From the IMG/VR virus record IMGVR_UViG_3300031994_000046, positions 1 through 64,000 of that record: a DNA stretch of 64,000 nt, one strand, 5' to 3'. A program made the position numbers and the translations under genes. This stretch comes from a virus. Taxonomy: Duplodnaviria; Caudoviricetes. Shown one piece after another: positions 51,501 through 61,363 of this stretch; positions within the stretch are counted from its first letter, which is position 1; each line of letters begins with the position of its first letter. The notes beneath the pieces are model-generated. The model searched no databases, was not told the DNA's origin, and saw nothing but the letters and a program-made list of their open reading frames with translations.

Positions 51501-52029
51501 TAAGACAGATTTATCATTATCTGAGAAATACAATAAAATTAATGATTTCTTCATATATGCTAATATTGATGATAGTGATAATGAATATATAATGAAGTTT
51601 GAAAATCTTTCATATACTCCACAAGGTGGTGTATTATCATATCTTAATGAAAGAACTTCATTGACTGAATTCTGTGATTCACAGACAAAGAATAAAAAGG
51701 AATTGAAATATTATAATGGTGCATTTTTTGTACCAGAATTAATTGATCGTACTCAAGTGTTATGTAACACTAAAGAACAGAATCAATATATAATGATTGA
51801 TAGTGGAATGAGTCTTTCTGTTCCATTGATATTTGAATATTTCTTATCATCATCAGAAACAACTGTCAAATCTTCAATTAAGAAGACAATTGCATTTGAT
51901 TTGAAATCTTCATTAATAAGAGACATTGATCATTATATGATAAGCATAACTGCAAAATATGATTATACACAATCTAATGCATCTATGCAGAATTATTCAT
52001 CATTAGTGGATAACTTATCAGAGACATAA
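48562..52029 (+). CDS. Large putative baseplate/virion structural protein
   Basis: 1155 aa, beta-rich with central coiled coil, in an operon upstream of gp53. Confidence 0.6.
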   Translation: MNNLENLNTSSSLKEYYINLEKMMDNAVSMLNAINQALSTSSSEISINIINGDNTTSTIRIPSFLYLENKIEQLGNIIDNLFDIPKSGEAWFNRSSDMFKLELVKSNNAPIIPVVSNKDSLGFNVKDNNIFKDLVNPKTYIRFNLKNITDNINDIFVKKIVLFDESDADYLLNYKTYNDIKNALYNKTLGVDYEEYDSTIKMPIKEDKYIGEFKIKELPDDTENPYYSNGDSATGSLRYIVRVDHIQYFDKEDSSISHTLQKGQYLCLPNSYAVYKIIDVQTINNSSNTNDLNDHILILEESIGHIALQTYEENSEMILELYSTSYDQYHYIDIPLEENPRIILFIGSMYNNIKSTLSEAIHLNLNDIYMKDDNGNLMLDNTGNKISYISYYKKYCKNIGDMMVGFTELSYPQTSNYTNAQLKRLTDSEEMKNMVTKSLYLDEEPIYKVTRINKHLIDDDTSENIIKLHEQKNEINSQLRSVQDNVDQVYSQLTTTDFSQESTVTQSSLKEKLNEYYNERITLEKQLLSVIENINQIQNEVQGISSPKYRIRGITDASDKYDSSIESPIVAYIHENFGKECNLIGLDVEYKYKSISKDSTSVTNLSDVIFTDWNKYSNIERERFLKFNTDSNTYEIAFSNYNTTTNVIKWNQIDIPINQGEDVIVRIRYKLNVGQPFINLYTPWSNEITVEFPVEYTETNEITSILDTNAEDNRNAQFMKTLVNDGYEEHITNKIVDNSQVFYHMPENIYSGFNTPENKMVSLKDKLTEMNNDITEYKATVNNEIFSKYAVYLEWDNSTLELSNSTSNNIVINELINGTTDTFIKKELNIVIKNTGSTPIKFYSIFPGNIDTPLLMSDNTYYNQYVKDYERVPMLKRGSSVLSECVMPQYLGQWIYFRQTNPYTQESLYLDELTQRQEDINSIDNGIKSNFIGTLSSYINSNDKQPLLCYRRRSETTTLLSNPLGFLDISESAITYSKPNKTDLSLSEKYNKINDFFIYANIDDSDNEYIMKFENLSYTPQGGVLSYLNERTSLTEFCDSQTKNKKELKYYNGAFFVPELIDRTQVLCNTKEQNQYIMIDSGMSLSVPLIFEYFLSSSETTVKSSIKKTIAFDLKSSLIRDIDHYMISITAKYDYTQSNASMQNYSSLVDNLSET

Positions 52030-52048
52030 AATATAAAATTTAATTAAA

Positions 52049-53545
52049 ATGAGAGTTAATCAAAGTACAACAGATTTAAACAGATTTAATAATAAGTATC
52101 TAAAGTGTATTGTAACAAAAAGAAAAAGCACAATGGATATCTTAAAAGATCATGGTGCTGTCATTATATATAATCGTTCAGGATATAATTATTTATATCT
52201 TGGTAATGAATTTATTGCTGGTGGTTGGGGATATAAGACACAAGATGACTTAGAATCTGCTGTTAATATATTAAATAATTATGATACTGATATTACAACA
52301 TTAACACAGAATATTGAAGATTTGAATAATGGTATGAATTCTATGAAGAAAAAATTAGGAGACATATCAGAAAAACTTAATCCAACTGTATATATTGTAG
52401 ATGAAAATGGTGAAGTTATTCCACTTAATGAAATTATATTCAAAGGACGTCCTGCAGAATATAAGAATTTTGAAATAGTAGATATTGAAAAAGTAATCAT
52501 ATATAATCAGAATCAAAAATTAGAGTTGAAAAAAGATGAAAATCTTGTTGAATTTCCTATAGGAACAATTATCAATAAAATAACATATAACATAAATTGT
52601 AATATTAACGATTGTGGTGGTATCAGGGAAGTGAATATGTCTTATTATGCTAGTTCTGATGATGCTATTAATCAGATATCAACACCATTATCAATCAATA
52701 ATTTACAATGGGCTAATTTGGATAATAAGAAAATCATATCTATTGTTCATGAATTCATAGATCCTTTTAGAATTGATAAAGGAGAAGATTTAGCAGTTGT
52801 TAATAAGATAATGATATCTTTGAATGAAACTGCTAAAGAACAATATAAAGAATATCCAGATTTAGTATTATCTAATCCTAAATTTAAATTATATTCTTTA
52901 GAAAATATATTAAGATCACAAGATTTCTATATTGAACCTTTAGTAATACACCCTATTAATTCTTTAAAATATTATATCAATCGTGAGTTAGAACAAAACA
53001 TGAATGATATAAAATATTCATTAGAAAATAGTACAGATAGATATGCATATAAAGGTGAAATACAAATTAGAGATATTGAACCAGGAGAATATAAAGATAT
53101 ATTTATTCCAGTACGAACACAATATGCAAAAGTCATAAATGTATTCTTACCGAAGTCTTTTGAAATACATGAAGTAAGGTTTGTTACAACAACAAGTGAA
53201 TACAACTGGACAGGAGCAACTGGAATATGTAAAGAGAATACAAATGGTTCACCAATATTGTTAAGATATAATCCAAGAATGTACTTAAGATATAATTTCT
53301 ATCAAGTAAGAATTTCTGAAAGCCCATTAAGTGAAGTTGGTAAGCTAATGATTAGGATATTTTCTAAGACTAATGATTATTCTGAAGATGTTTTTGCAGG
53401 AAATGGTGAAGGAATATACTTTTCAGAACCACAAACATGGACATTATTAAACAATGAAGAGTTTAATAGAATTTACTGGGTTACTTATAATTCTTCAATA
53501 GATACGTTAAAAGATAGATTAGATGTCGTGAGCAGTAAATTTTAA
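52049..53545 (+). CDS. Putative tail fibre/baseplate protein
   Basis: 498 aa; short N-terminal domain, coiled coil, beta-rich C-terminus. Confidence 0.55.
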   Translation: MRVNQSTTDLNRFNNKYLKCIVTKRKSTMDILKDHGAVIIYNRSGYNYLYLGNEFIAGGWGYKTQDDLESAVNILNNYDTDITTLTQNIEDLNNGMNSMKKKLGDISEKLNPTVYIVDENGEVIPLNEIIFKGRPAEYKNFEIVDIEKVIIYNQNQKLELKKDENLVEFPIGTIINKITYNINCNINDCGGIREVNMSYYASSDDAINQISTPLSINNLQWANLDNKKIISIVHEFIDPFRIDKGEDLAVVNKIMISLNETAKEQYKEYPDLVLSNPKFKLYSLENILRSQDFYIEPLVIHPINSLKYYINRELEQNMNDIKYSLENSTDRYAYKGEIQIRDIEPGEYKDIFIPVRTQYAKVINVFLPKSFEIHEVRFVTTTSEYNWTGATGICKENTNGSPILLRYNPRMYLRYNFYQVRISESPLSEVGKLMIRIFSKTNDYSEDVFAGNGEGIYFSEPQTWTLLNNEEFNRIYWVTYNSSIDTLKDRLDVVSSKF

Positions 53546-53580
53546 ATTATTATTAAATATAAATAAATGTAAGTTATATA

Positions 53581-56412
53581 ATGGATAATAACGATATATC
53601 ATTATTTGAAAAAGTAGTATTTGTCAATAATATACCTTCTGAAATGGATGCTATGGAGTTATCACGTAGATATCCTTTTGCAATATTTGTTTCAGATTAC
53701 GGAAATTTTGGTTCTATTGTTAATGGAGAACTTAATTCTGATGTTCCTGAAAATACTCGTGATTGGAATCAATATGCATTCAATAACCTTTGGAAGAATG
53801 GAAAACGATTAACAAAATTCAACAATGTTGACCCTAAAAATCATAGTGTCAACATGGATACTTATACTATTAATCTTGATTTTGATTTAGCAAAAGGATT
53901 GCTTTCATTAAATGCTGTTGCTAAAGTTGATTCATATAATGTTGTTGGTTTCATATATAAGACTGGTAATGAAACATATAATACATTTATTAACCAAACT
54001 GAAATGAGAGGAATGATTCCTTATTTGAATTCTGGTGCAATGTCAAAATCTATTACAAACATTAGTGGTGTTGAATGGGAAAATGAAATTGAAACAACAA
54101 ATCAAGATGAAAACCTTAATTTTGGAACATTTGATAAATATGTTTTTGAAAGTACATTATATAACATCAATAAAATTGATGCAGCAGACAATAAATTCTA
54201 TATGATAGTTAGTTATGAAGCAGAAAAGGCAGATGCTTTATATTCAGTTCCTGCTAATGCTTATTCTATATATTGTAATAATACAGAATTTTCAGTAACT
54301 GCATCACCAATGTTTGCTTCTGAAAAATTGAATCAAATTATAAACATTAATAACAATACAAAGAAGACTAATTTAATTAATAAGATATTAAAGTATACAG
54401 ATAATATAGTATATGTTAAAGGAGAAGATCCAGTTAATCAAAGATGTGTAATATATGAAATAACAGTTAATGAAAACATTGAACCTGATGATCCACATGA
54501 TAAGACAAAGGTATCGTTCAGTTTTGAATCATTAAAGAACTTACCACCTATTGATCTTCAAGTAACATATGCTTATATTAACCCAATAAGTTTCAATTTA
54601 TCTGCTATGATAGATAATGAATGGGTTACTATTGATCCTGATAGTAATAAAGATATATACTTTATGCCTGATGAAGCATCTCAATTCAATATGGAGATAT
54701 TCCCATCTAATGTACGTAAACTTAAGTTAGATGTTACATTGACTGCAAGAGATGGTGCTGCAATGAAGTATTTAATAGGAGAAACAAACGGCGTTTCAGC
54801 TAGTAGATTTAATTTTGATACATCTGTAGCAAATGCTGAAACTACTAATATGATATCATTTACATTGGATGTACCATCTGAGTTCTCTCTTAATAAATCA
54901 GAAAGAGCATATATGGGAATCAAGTTATCAAACTGGGATCCTATAAACGGAAATGGTGCAGTGAGATACCAAAAACAGTTGATGAAGTTAAGTCAGTATA
55001 TATTTAGAAGATTAGATTTACCAGCTAATGTATGGAGTTATGCAGGTATATCAACATCTGGTGCACATATTGACTATATGCTTCCTAATGTTGATGCATT
55101 ATTCTTTGATGATAATAATTCAGTGATGAAAAGAAAAACTATACTTGAAGATGATGCAGAATTTAAGATTAACTTAGTTGTTAGACCACACAATAACACA
55201 ATATTAGAAACATCAACAGTTAGTGGTAAACTTTTAATAGGTAATGTAAATAATAATATAGTTACTGTATCACAAGCAGATTTGAATAATTCTGCAAAAA
55301 GATTATCGATTAATCATCAAGAAACAATAACAATTCCTTGGATTAAAGACACTGCAATAAACGGTAATCAGACTAACGACTGGATATTTGCTCGTTATGA
55401 ATATAAAGGATATTTAGATTCAGATGAAAATGGTAATTCATCAGGTGGTTCTACACATAAGAAATACTTTAAGAACGATATATTAACAAATATCATAATA
55501 AACTATACAAATGGAAATCAGTCTACACAAGGTATAAGATTCACAAAAGCTACTTATGGTGGTAGTGAAGACTCATATATTGAAAAGATTTCTGGAGCAC
55601 CAATTATATTCCAATATGCAAACGGACAAGAAATTGATGGATATTTTTGGTATTTCAATTCAAGTATGACTACTTTAAAAGATTATCTTACAGTGTATAG
55701 CACAATTAAAGATTTACAGAATTCTCCAATAAAATACATAACTACTTCTATTGTTGGTGGACAGATTAAATGTGCTTCATTAAATGATACTGATAACTAT
55801 AGAAGTGAATATGCATACATACAAGTCGGTTCTGTTAAATCTGATTTGATTGAATGTAATGTACAACGTCTTATGATTGACTGGTGGATATATGTTGGAC
55901 AACTTATCAATAATGCTCCAGCTGTTGCATTTGATGGTGTAGGACATAACGCATTTACACTTAATAATAGTGATGCTAGAACAAAAACATCTGGAGATAT
56001 AACTTTACGTCACGCTTTACACTATGGAGGTTGGATACATTTAGGTACTAAAGATCTTTCACAACTATCAGCAGGAACATTTAAGAAATATAATCCTGTA
56101 ACAAATGCATATGAAAATATGTCAAGAACGAATATTATATGGGATTCTATTTCTGGTATAACTATTGATGCTGGTGCTAATGTTGATGTTGGTGACCAAT
56201 ATGTAGTCATCATTCCAAATGAATTAGAAATACAAGATGGTATTGGTGTTACTGGTGATCCTGTAGGTGAAATGACTAATGTATCTTTAGGAGATATTAA
56301 TCGTTGGGGTGATAATGATCCAAAAAGATCTCAATATAGAGGAACATATACAGCATATCAATTTATGGCTGGTGATAATTTAGGATTTGGTTACGCAATC
56401 GTACATAAATAA
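53581..56412 (+). CDS. Putative tail fibre/receptor-binding protein
   Basis: 943 aa, beta-rich; C-terminal domain resembles the repeats of 28689-30572. Confidence 0.6.
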   Translation: MDNNDISLFEKVVFVNNIPSEMDAMELSRRYPFAIFVSDYGNFGSIVNGELNSDVPENTRDWNQYAFNNLWKNGKRLTKFNNVDPKNHSVNMDTYTINLDFDLAKGLLSLNAVAKVDSYNVVGFIYKTGNETYNTFINQTEMRGMIPYLNSGAMSKSITNISGVEWENEIETTNQDENLNFGTFDKYVFESTLYNINKIDAADNKFYMIVSYEAEKADALYSVPANAYSIYCNNTEFSVTASPMFASEKLNQIININNNTKKTNLINKILKYTDNIVYVKGEDPVNQRCVIYEITVNENIEPDDPHDKTKVSFSFESLKNLPPIDLQVTYAYINPISFNLSAMIDNEWVTIDPDSNKDIYFMPDEASQFNMEIFPSNVRKLKLDVTLTARDGAAMKYLIGETNGVSASRFNFDTSVANAETTNMISFTLDVPSEFSLNKSERAYMGIKLSNWDPINGNGAVRYQKQLMKLSQYIFRRLDLPANVWSYAGISTSGAHIDYMLPNVDALFFDDNNSVMKRKTILEDDAEFKINLVVRPHNNTILETSTVSGKLLIGNVNNNIVTVSQADLNNSAKRLSINHQETITIPWIKDTAINGNQTNDWIFARYEYKGYLDSDENGNSSGGSTHKKYFKNDILTNIIINYTNGNQSTQGIRFTKATYGGSEDSYIEKISGAPIIFQYANGQEIDGYFWYFNSSMTTLKDYLTVYSTIKDLQNSPIKYITTSIVGGQIKCASLNDTDNYRSEYAYIQVGSVKSDLIECNVQRLMIDWWIYVGQLINNAPAVAFDGVGHNAFTLNNSDARTKTSGDITLRHALHYGGWIHLGTKDLSQLSAGTFKKYNPVTNAYENMSRTNIIWDSISGITIDAGANVDVGDQYVVIIPNELEIQDGIGVTGDPVGEMTNVSLGDINRWGDNDPKRSQYRGTYTAYQFMAGDNLGFGYAIVHK

Positions 56413-56440
56413 ATTTAAATATATATTTCATAAATAATAT

Positions 56441-57112
56441 ATGAATACAATTACTTCTCACGTATTTAAACAAGGATGGAATAACAATAGTGGATATTTT
56501 GGTGGTAATGGTGTAACAATTAAAGGTGTTAAATTCACTGATTTCTCTTACACTAGCCAGAGAGCAAGATCTGTAAACTATTCTATTATGAATCTTGTTA
56601 ATAACAACACATTAATTACAGCTTTATCTGGTGGACAGTTGGATGTCTGTAATAAAATGCTTAGTATGATGTGGATTAACTGGAATGGTGCAATTATCAA
56701 AAAAGGTAATTTTGCAACAGGTGAAGATGTAGTTATTAGTGATACTCCAGAATTCTTAGCAATATTCAATAATATATCTGAAGCAGTATATGAAAACATT
56801 ATAGTTGAACAAAATATCACTGATAAGATTGGGTTATTCTTATGTAAGAAAATTACATCAGGAACTAGTTTGACAATTAATTCTACACCAGCTGTAATTA
56901 AAGATAATGAAAACTTAATGGAAATTATTGAAAATACAAGTAATGCTCCAATTACAGTGACAGTCAATAATAATGCAACAGTATCAAATATATCAGGATG
57001 CATATTTAAAGTTCCTAATCCTGCAGGATTATCTATAAGTATACCTGCAGGTGGTTATGGAGAACTTAACTTCTTGAGAAAAGGAAGCTATGTATATACA
57101 CGTGGAGCTTAA
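56441..57112 (+). CDS. Virion protein, tandem paralogue A
   Basis: SHVF..NNNSG.F..NGV.IKGV.F, SMMWINWNGA, ISDTPEFL, FKVPN...GYGE...YTRG. Confidence 0.75.
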   Translation: MNTITSHVFKQGWNNNSGYFGGNGVTIKGVKFTDFSYTSQRARSVNYSIMNLVNNNTLITALSGGQLDVCNKMLSMMWINWNGAIIKKGNFATGEDVVISDTPEFLAIFNNISEAVYENIIVEQNITDKIGLFLCKKITSGTSLTINSTPAVIKDNENLMEIIENTSNAPITVTVNNNATVSNISGCIFKVPNPAGLSISIPAGGYGELNFLRKGSYVYTRGA

Positions 57113-57145
57113 ATCATAAACTTAAATTAATATTTAGAATTGTAT

Positions 57146-57847
57146 ATGAAATCACACGTTTTCTATAATAATAATTATAATAATAATAGTGGGTTCTTTC
57201 CTGATAATGGTGTTGTAATAAAAGGAGTAAGATTCCATGATTTCTCTTATATGTATAAAGATGTCAAGGCTGTTAATGGGCCTATCATATCTACATTAAG
57301 TGAAGCTGCTGTTACTCCAACTAGTGCTCAGATACAACAAGCATTAAAAGACTATGAAAATGGTATATCAAATATAGATCATATGAATAAGATCTATAGT
57401 ATGATGTGGACAAACTGGAATGGTGCAGAAATAACTAAAGGTGATTTTGCAACTGGTGAAAACTATTTAATAAGTGATACTCCAGAATTCTTATCAATAT
57501 TCAATGCAATATCAACTGCTGTATATGATGAAATCATTTATAAGAATACATTTTTAGATAGAATTAAACGTCAGAAAGCAATAACGCAAACAGTTACTTC
57601 TACACGTGCATTATCTAATGTTGGTAAGGTTATTGATAATAAAGAAATCATTAATGTTATATATGTCAATTCAACTGCTAATGAAGTATTCTTAACAATT
57701 GAAAACAATATTACAGTTACTGACAATAACACTTGTAAATTCAAAGTACCAAATGGAACACAACTTGCAATAACAATACAACCGTATGGGTTTGGTGAGA
57801 TAAGTTATCTAAGATATGATAATACAATATATGCAAGAGGAATATAA
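57146..57847 (+). CDS. Virion protein, tandem paralogue B
   Basis: Same motifs as 56441-57112; ATG at 57146. Confidence 0.75.
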   Translation: MKSHVFYNNNYNNNSGFFPDNGVVIKGVRFHDFSYMYKDVKAVNGPIISTLSEAAVTPTSAQIQQALKDYENGISNIDHMNKIYSMMWTNWNGAEITKGDFATGENYLISDTPEFLSIFNAISTAVYDEIIYKNTFLDRIKRQKAITQTVTSTRALSNVGKVIDNKEIINVIYVNSTANEVFLTIENNITVTDNNTCKFKVPNGTQLAITIQPYGFGEISYLRYDNTIYARGI

Positions 57848-57850
57848 AAT

Positions 57851-57881
57851 ATAGGAGCAAATCAAATTGCTCCTATTTTTT
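57851..57881 (+). terminator. Intrinsic terminator
   Basis: ataggagcaa-atcaaa-ttgctcctat followed by ttttt. Confidence 0.8.
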
Positions 57882-57935
57882 GATAGATAGTTTTATACCT
57901 ATTTTTATTTTTAATTAAATTAATGAATAAGTGAT

Positions 57936-58397
57936 ATGCTTGATTATAAAATACTTGATAGTAAACAGATTGTTAAACGAAATGGTGAAGAATTTATAGA
58001 CTTACTTGGTGAAGTCTTAGATAAGTCAGCAGCTGTTCAAGGATATCCTTTGATTATTAATAAGTATTATGTTGGTAGACCGGATTTAGTTTCATTAGCT
58101 TTATATGGGGATGACAAATATGGAGACATAATATGTAAGTTGAATGGAATAAGCAATCCATTTGAAATGAATGAAGATGATATTATATTCGTACCATCTA
58201 TAAGTTATATAACTAATGCAGTACATAAAGCATCAAATGATAGTGATTTCATTGATGATGATGCATCAACTTATTTAGAAATAACAAGTTCTAAAAACTA
58301 TCAAAAACGTAAGAATGAACGTAGATCACCTAATCAACAGATTGTTGGTGAATCAAATTATATTATAGACAAATCTAACGGTATTGTCTTCTATTAA
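57936..58397 (+). CDS. gp53: Baseplate wedge protein, T4 gp53-like (LysM-like)
   Basis: GRPDLVSLALYGDDKYGDIICKLNGISNPFEMNEDDIIFVP. Confidence 0.8.
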   Translation: MLDYKILDSKQIVKRNGEEFIDLLGEVLDKSAAVQGYPLIINKYYVGRPDLVSLALYGDDKYGDIICKLNGISNPFEMNEDDIIFVPSISYITNAVHKASNDSDFIDDDASTYLEITSSKNYQKRKNERRSPNQQIVGESNYIIDKSNGIVFY

Positions 58398-58415
58398 AAT
58401 GTATTAATTATAATT

Positions 58416-60284
58416 ATGGCATATACAGCTAAAGCACGCGGATTTACTTGGGTAGTTACTGATGAAAATGGTAATTATATAATTGAAATAGCAAGAAGTA
58501 AGGGATCTAAAGAAGAATTAAAAAAAAATCTAGGAGTTGAAATTAATTTTGAAGGTTATGAATTTGGTGAAGAACCAACTGGTGAATCAGAACCAACAAG
58601 CGAAGTAGAACCAACAGGCGAAACAGAACCAACAAGTGAAGCAGAACCAAAACAAGAAGAACAAAAACAAGAAGAACAAAAACAAGAAGACAATACAAAT
58701 AAAAAAGAACCTAAGAAGCCTTCAAATAATAAAGCATCTGGTGGTAAAGGTTCAAATTATACAGATCCTCAAGTAATATTTGATCCAAATATTCCATCTA
58801 GTATTATAACTCGTAAATATTGGGGTGTAAGCTATAGATATGATAAGACTGAAGATGATATGGAATCATCTCCAAATAATGAATATAATACATTAAAGAT
58901 AGATGGTATAGAATATCCATTGGTTGTTATCAATACACATACTGTTGAACAACGTGACATATTATATATGGCAGTAAAGTTTACTAATTTTTTACCAGAA
59001 ATAGAAATAACAATAATGGATGCTTTACAGTCTGAACAGAAACTAGAAACAACACAGATGAGTGGTAATATAGAGATTGCAATTGTTCCTCGTGCAAAAG
59101 ATACATATAAATCAATTAAAATTCATTTTAGTATTGATTCTGTGACTGTAGATACTATTGATCCTTGTAAAATCACATATTTTGGAACATATGATGCAGA
59201 ACAGTTTAGACAAGTGAATACTGGATTCTTGAAGAAGGATAATACGAAAGCAAACTTATATGAATTATTATATGTAATTGCTCAAAAGACAGGATTAGGA
59301 TTTGCTGCAACAGAAGAAACTGAAAATATTGAAGATAGAGTATTACGAAATATATTTACACAAAGATATCCAGATTATATAAAAAGCCAGTTGAAATTTG
59401 CTGGATGTGATGAAGATAGTATATTAGATGCATGGGTAGATCCTTATAGTTATATTGTATTAGTCAATATGTCTTGGGTATTAAGTCAAGAATTAAAACC
59501 AGAAGACTTAACAATAGTCGCTGTCAAAGGATTCCCAAGTACTGACCGTGATGTACCTGATCCTGAACCAGAAGAGACATCTAGAATATTGACTAATTTC
59601 AATAGGATGCCTACATGGTCAAATCTTCAAATTAAATCATATAGTATGATTGTTAATAATGATGCAGTATATAATGGAACAACAGAACGAATATATACAG
59701 TCAACTGGGATAGTTCCAATGCTACATTATTGAATACATTAGATATTCAGACAAAACAGAATTCTGTTGATGGTGAATATACAAAAGATTATGATACTGG
59801 ATTCAATAGACCAATACCAGTATATAATTTCAATGATGATGACTATGATTTGAATATTCAAAAGATAATAAGAAAACATTATTTTAACAAAAGAAGACAA
59901 CAGATTTTGAAAGTAAAACTGGCTCAACCAAATTTAGGGTTACAACGTGGAACATTAGTAACAATATCAATATTTGAACAGAATTCTCAATTGAAAGAAA
60001 TAATGATGTCAAATGAACCTAATGTTTTTGGTGATCAAGGAGATAAAAAACCACCAATGACAACAGAAGATGATCATGATTTAACAGATATTGATATATT
60101 AACATCAGAAGGAATAATGTTTCCTAATGTAAAACTTAGTGATATATATTATATAGATGGAATTGTTTTTGAATATTCATTATCTGTTGGTGAAATAGAA
60201 CAGACATTGTATTTAATCAAACAAGGTAAGACATCAGGATATCATAATGCCCATACAAAAGTAAGAATGGATGATCAAATATGA
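58416..60284 (+). CDS. Baseplate hub-like protein (gp27/GPD-type) with EPT-repeat linker
   Basis: Follows gp53; LYELLYVIAQKTGLGF, LKVKL..PNLGLQRG.LV.I, YYIDGIVFEY...QTLYL. Confidence 0.55.
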   Translation: MAYTAKARGFTWVVTDENGNYIIEIARSKGSKEELKKNLGVEINFEGYEFGEEPTGESEPTSEVEPTGETEPTSEAEPKQEEQKQEEQKQEDNTNKKEPKKPSNNKASGGKGSNYTDPQVIFDPNIPSSIITRKYWGVSYRYDKTEDDMESSPNNEYNTLKIDGIEYPLVVINTHTVEQRDILYMAVKFTNFLPEIEITIMDALQSEQKLETTQMSGNIEIAIVPRAKDTYKSIKIHFSIDSVTVDTIDPCKITYFGTYDAEQFRQVNTGFLKKDNTKANLYELLYVIAQKTGLGFAATEETENIEDRVLRNIFTQRYPDYIKSQLKFAGCDEDSILDAWVDPYSYIVLVNMSWVLSQELKPEDLTIVAVKGFPSTDRDVPDPEPEETSRILTNFNRMPTWSNLQIKSYSMIVNNDAVYNGTTERIYTVNWDSSNATLLNTLDIQTKQNSVDGEYTKDYDTGFNRPIPVYNFNDDDYDLNIQKIIRKHYFNKRRQQILKVKLAQPNLGLQRGTLVTISIFEQNSQLKEIMMSNEPNVFGDQGDKKPPMTTEDDHDLTDIDILTSEGIMFPNVKLSDIYYIDGIVFEYSLSVGEIEQTLYLIKQGKTSGYHNAHTKVRMDDQI

Positions 60285-61354
60285 AACACTACGAATCAAT
60301 ATCAGAATATAATGACGTATTATATGAATCTAAACCTGTCGCTTTAAATGATTATTTGAGCGATAAATATAATATTGTGCATAATGAATTGTATAATGAT
60401 GCTTTAGATAAATATCTTAAAGAATTATTGTCATCTTATGTAAATGGAAAACTATTATATAATTTATTCAAATATTTAAGTGGGTATACATCTGAAAAAC
60501 AAATGCTTAATGATATAATTAATCTTAATGATGGAAACTACATAATGAATATGATATCTAATTATGAATTATCAACAGATGTGTTATCACCAATATTTAA
60601 TCTTATAACAAAATATCTTAATAATATTAAGAATCTAATTATTAATAATGTTAAGTTTGAACATATAGATTTAATAAACAATATATCTGAAATCATTAAG
60701 CTTACATTAGGAGACATATCTGATTTTAGAATCTCTATTGAAGATTCTGTATTGTTAATATCTGAAGATGGTGAAGACTATATAGAATCAGAAATTAATG
60801 GTGATGATAGTTTCTTCATATTATTAGAAAATGAATATGGAATACTTAATATTGGTTTTAATAGTAATGGGGAAATGAAAATTGAAATCAAAGCAGAAGA
60901 ATATTTTTATAAGAATTTAGATGCCGCAGAGATATCAAATACAATAATGAAAACAAATAATGAATCTTTATTAGATGAAATTATGAATATCATTATAAAG
61001 TATTATAAGAAATCACATCGTATAATTGAAATAAAGAATACTGAATATTGGATGGCATCTGATATAATTATATTCAATAACAAACTACCATATCATAAGA
61101 CAAGAGTAAGTCTTGAAAATTATTGGAATTATTATCAGAAACATGATGAATATGACATATCTTACATAAAGATGTCAAAAGAGAACAATATTAGTGATTC
61201 AGAAGTTTCCGAAATTGATTATGTAAAAGGTAAAGCCGGAATGCATGCAAAAATTGCAAATATGGATTACAATGTTCCTTTTAAATATTTAAATGAACGT
61301 TCTAAATTAAGTGACGAAATATCACTTCAAAATACATTCACTATAAATTTATAA
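60281..61354 (+). CDS. Hypothetical protein in baseplate operon
   Basis: 357 aa, ATGA-coupled to the hub gene. Confidence 0.65.
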   Translation: MKHYESISEYNDVLYESKPVALNDYLSDKYNIVHNELYNDALDKYLKELLSSYVNGKLLYNLFKYLSGYTSEKQMLNDIINLNDGNYIMNMISNYELSTDVLSPIFNLITKYLNNIKNLIINNVKFEHIDLINNISEIIKLTLGDISDFRISIEDSVLLISEDGEDYIESEINGDDSFFILLENEYGILNIGFNSNGEMKIEIKAEEYFYKNLDAAEISNTIMKTNNESLLDEIMNIIIKYYKKSHRIIEIKNTEYWMASDIIIFNNKLPYHKTRVSLENYWNYYQKHDEYDISYIKMSKENNISDSEVSEIDYVKGKAGMHAKIANMDYNVPFKYLNERSKLSDEISLQNTFTINL

Positions 61355-61363
61355 ATTTGATTT

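Noticed and set aside
60281-60330. MKHYESISEYNDVLYE as another capsid-targeting leader
   Set aside because: Spacing deviates from the pattern and the gene lies in the baseplate operon; not counted.
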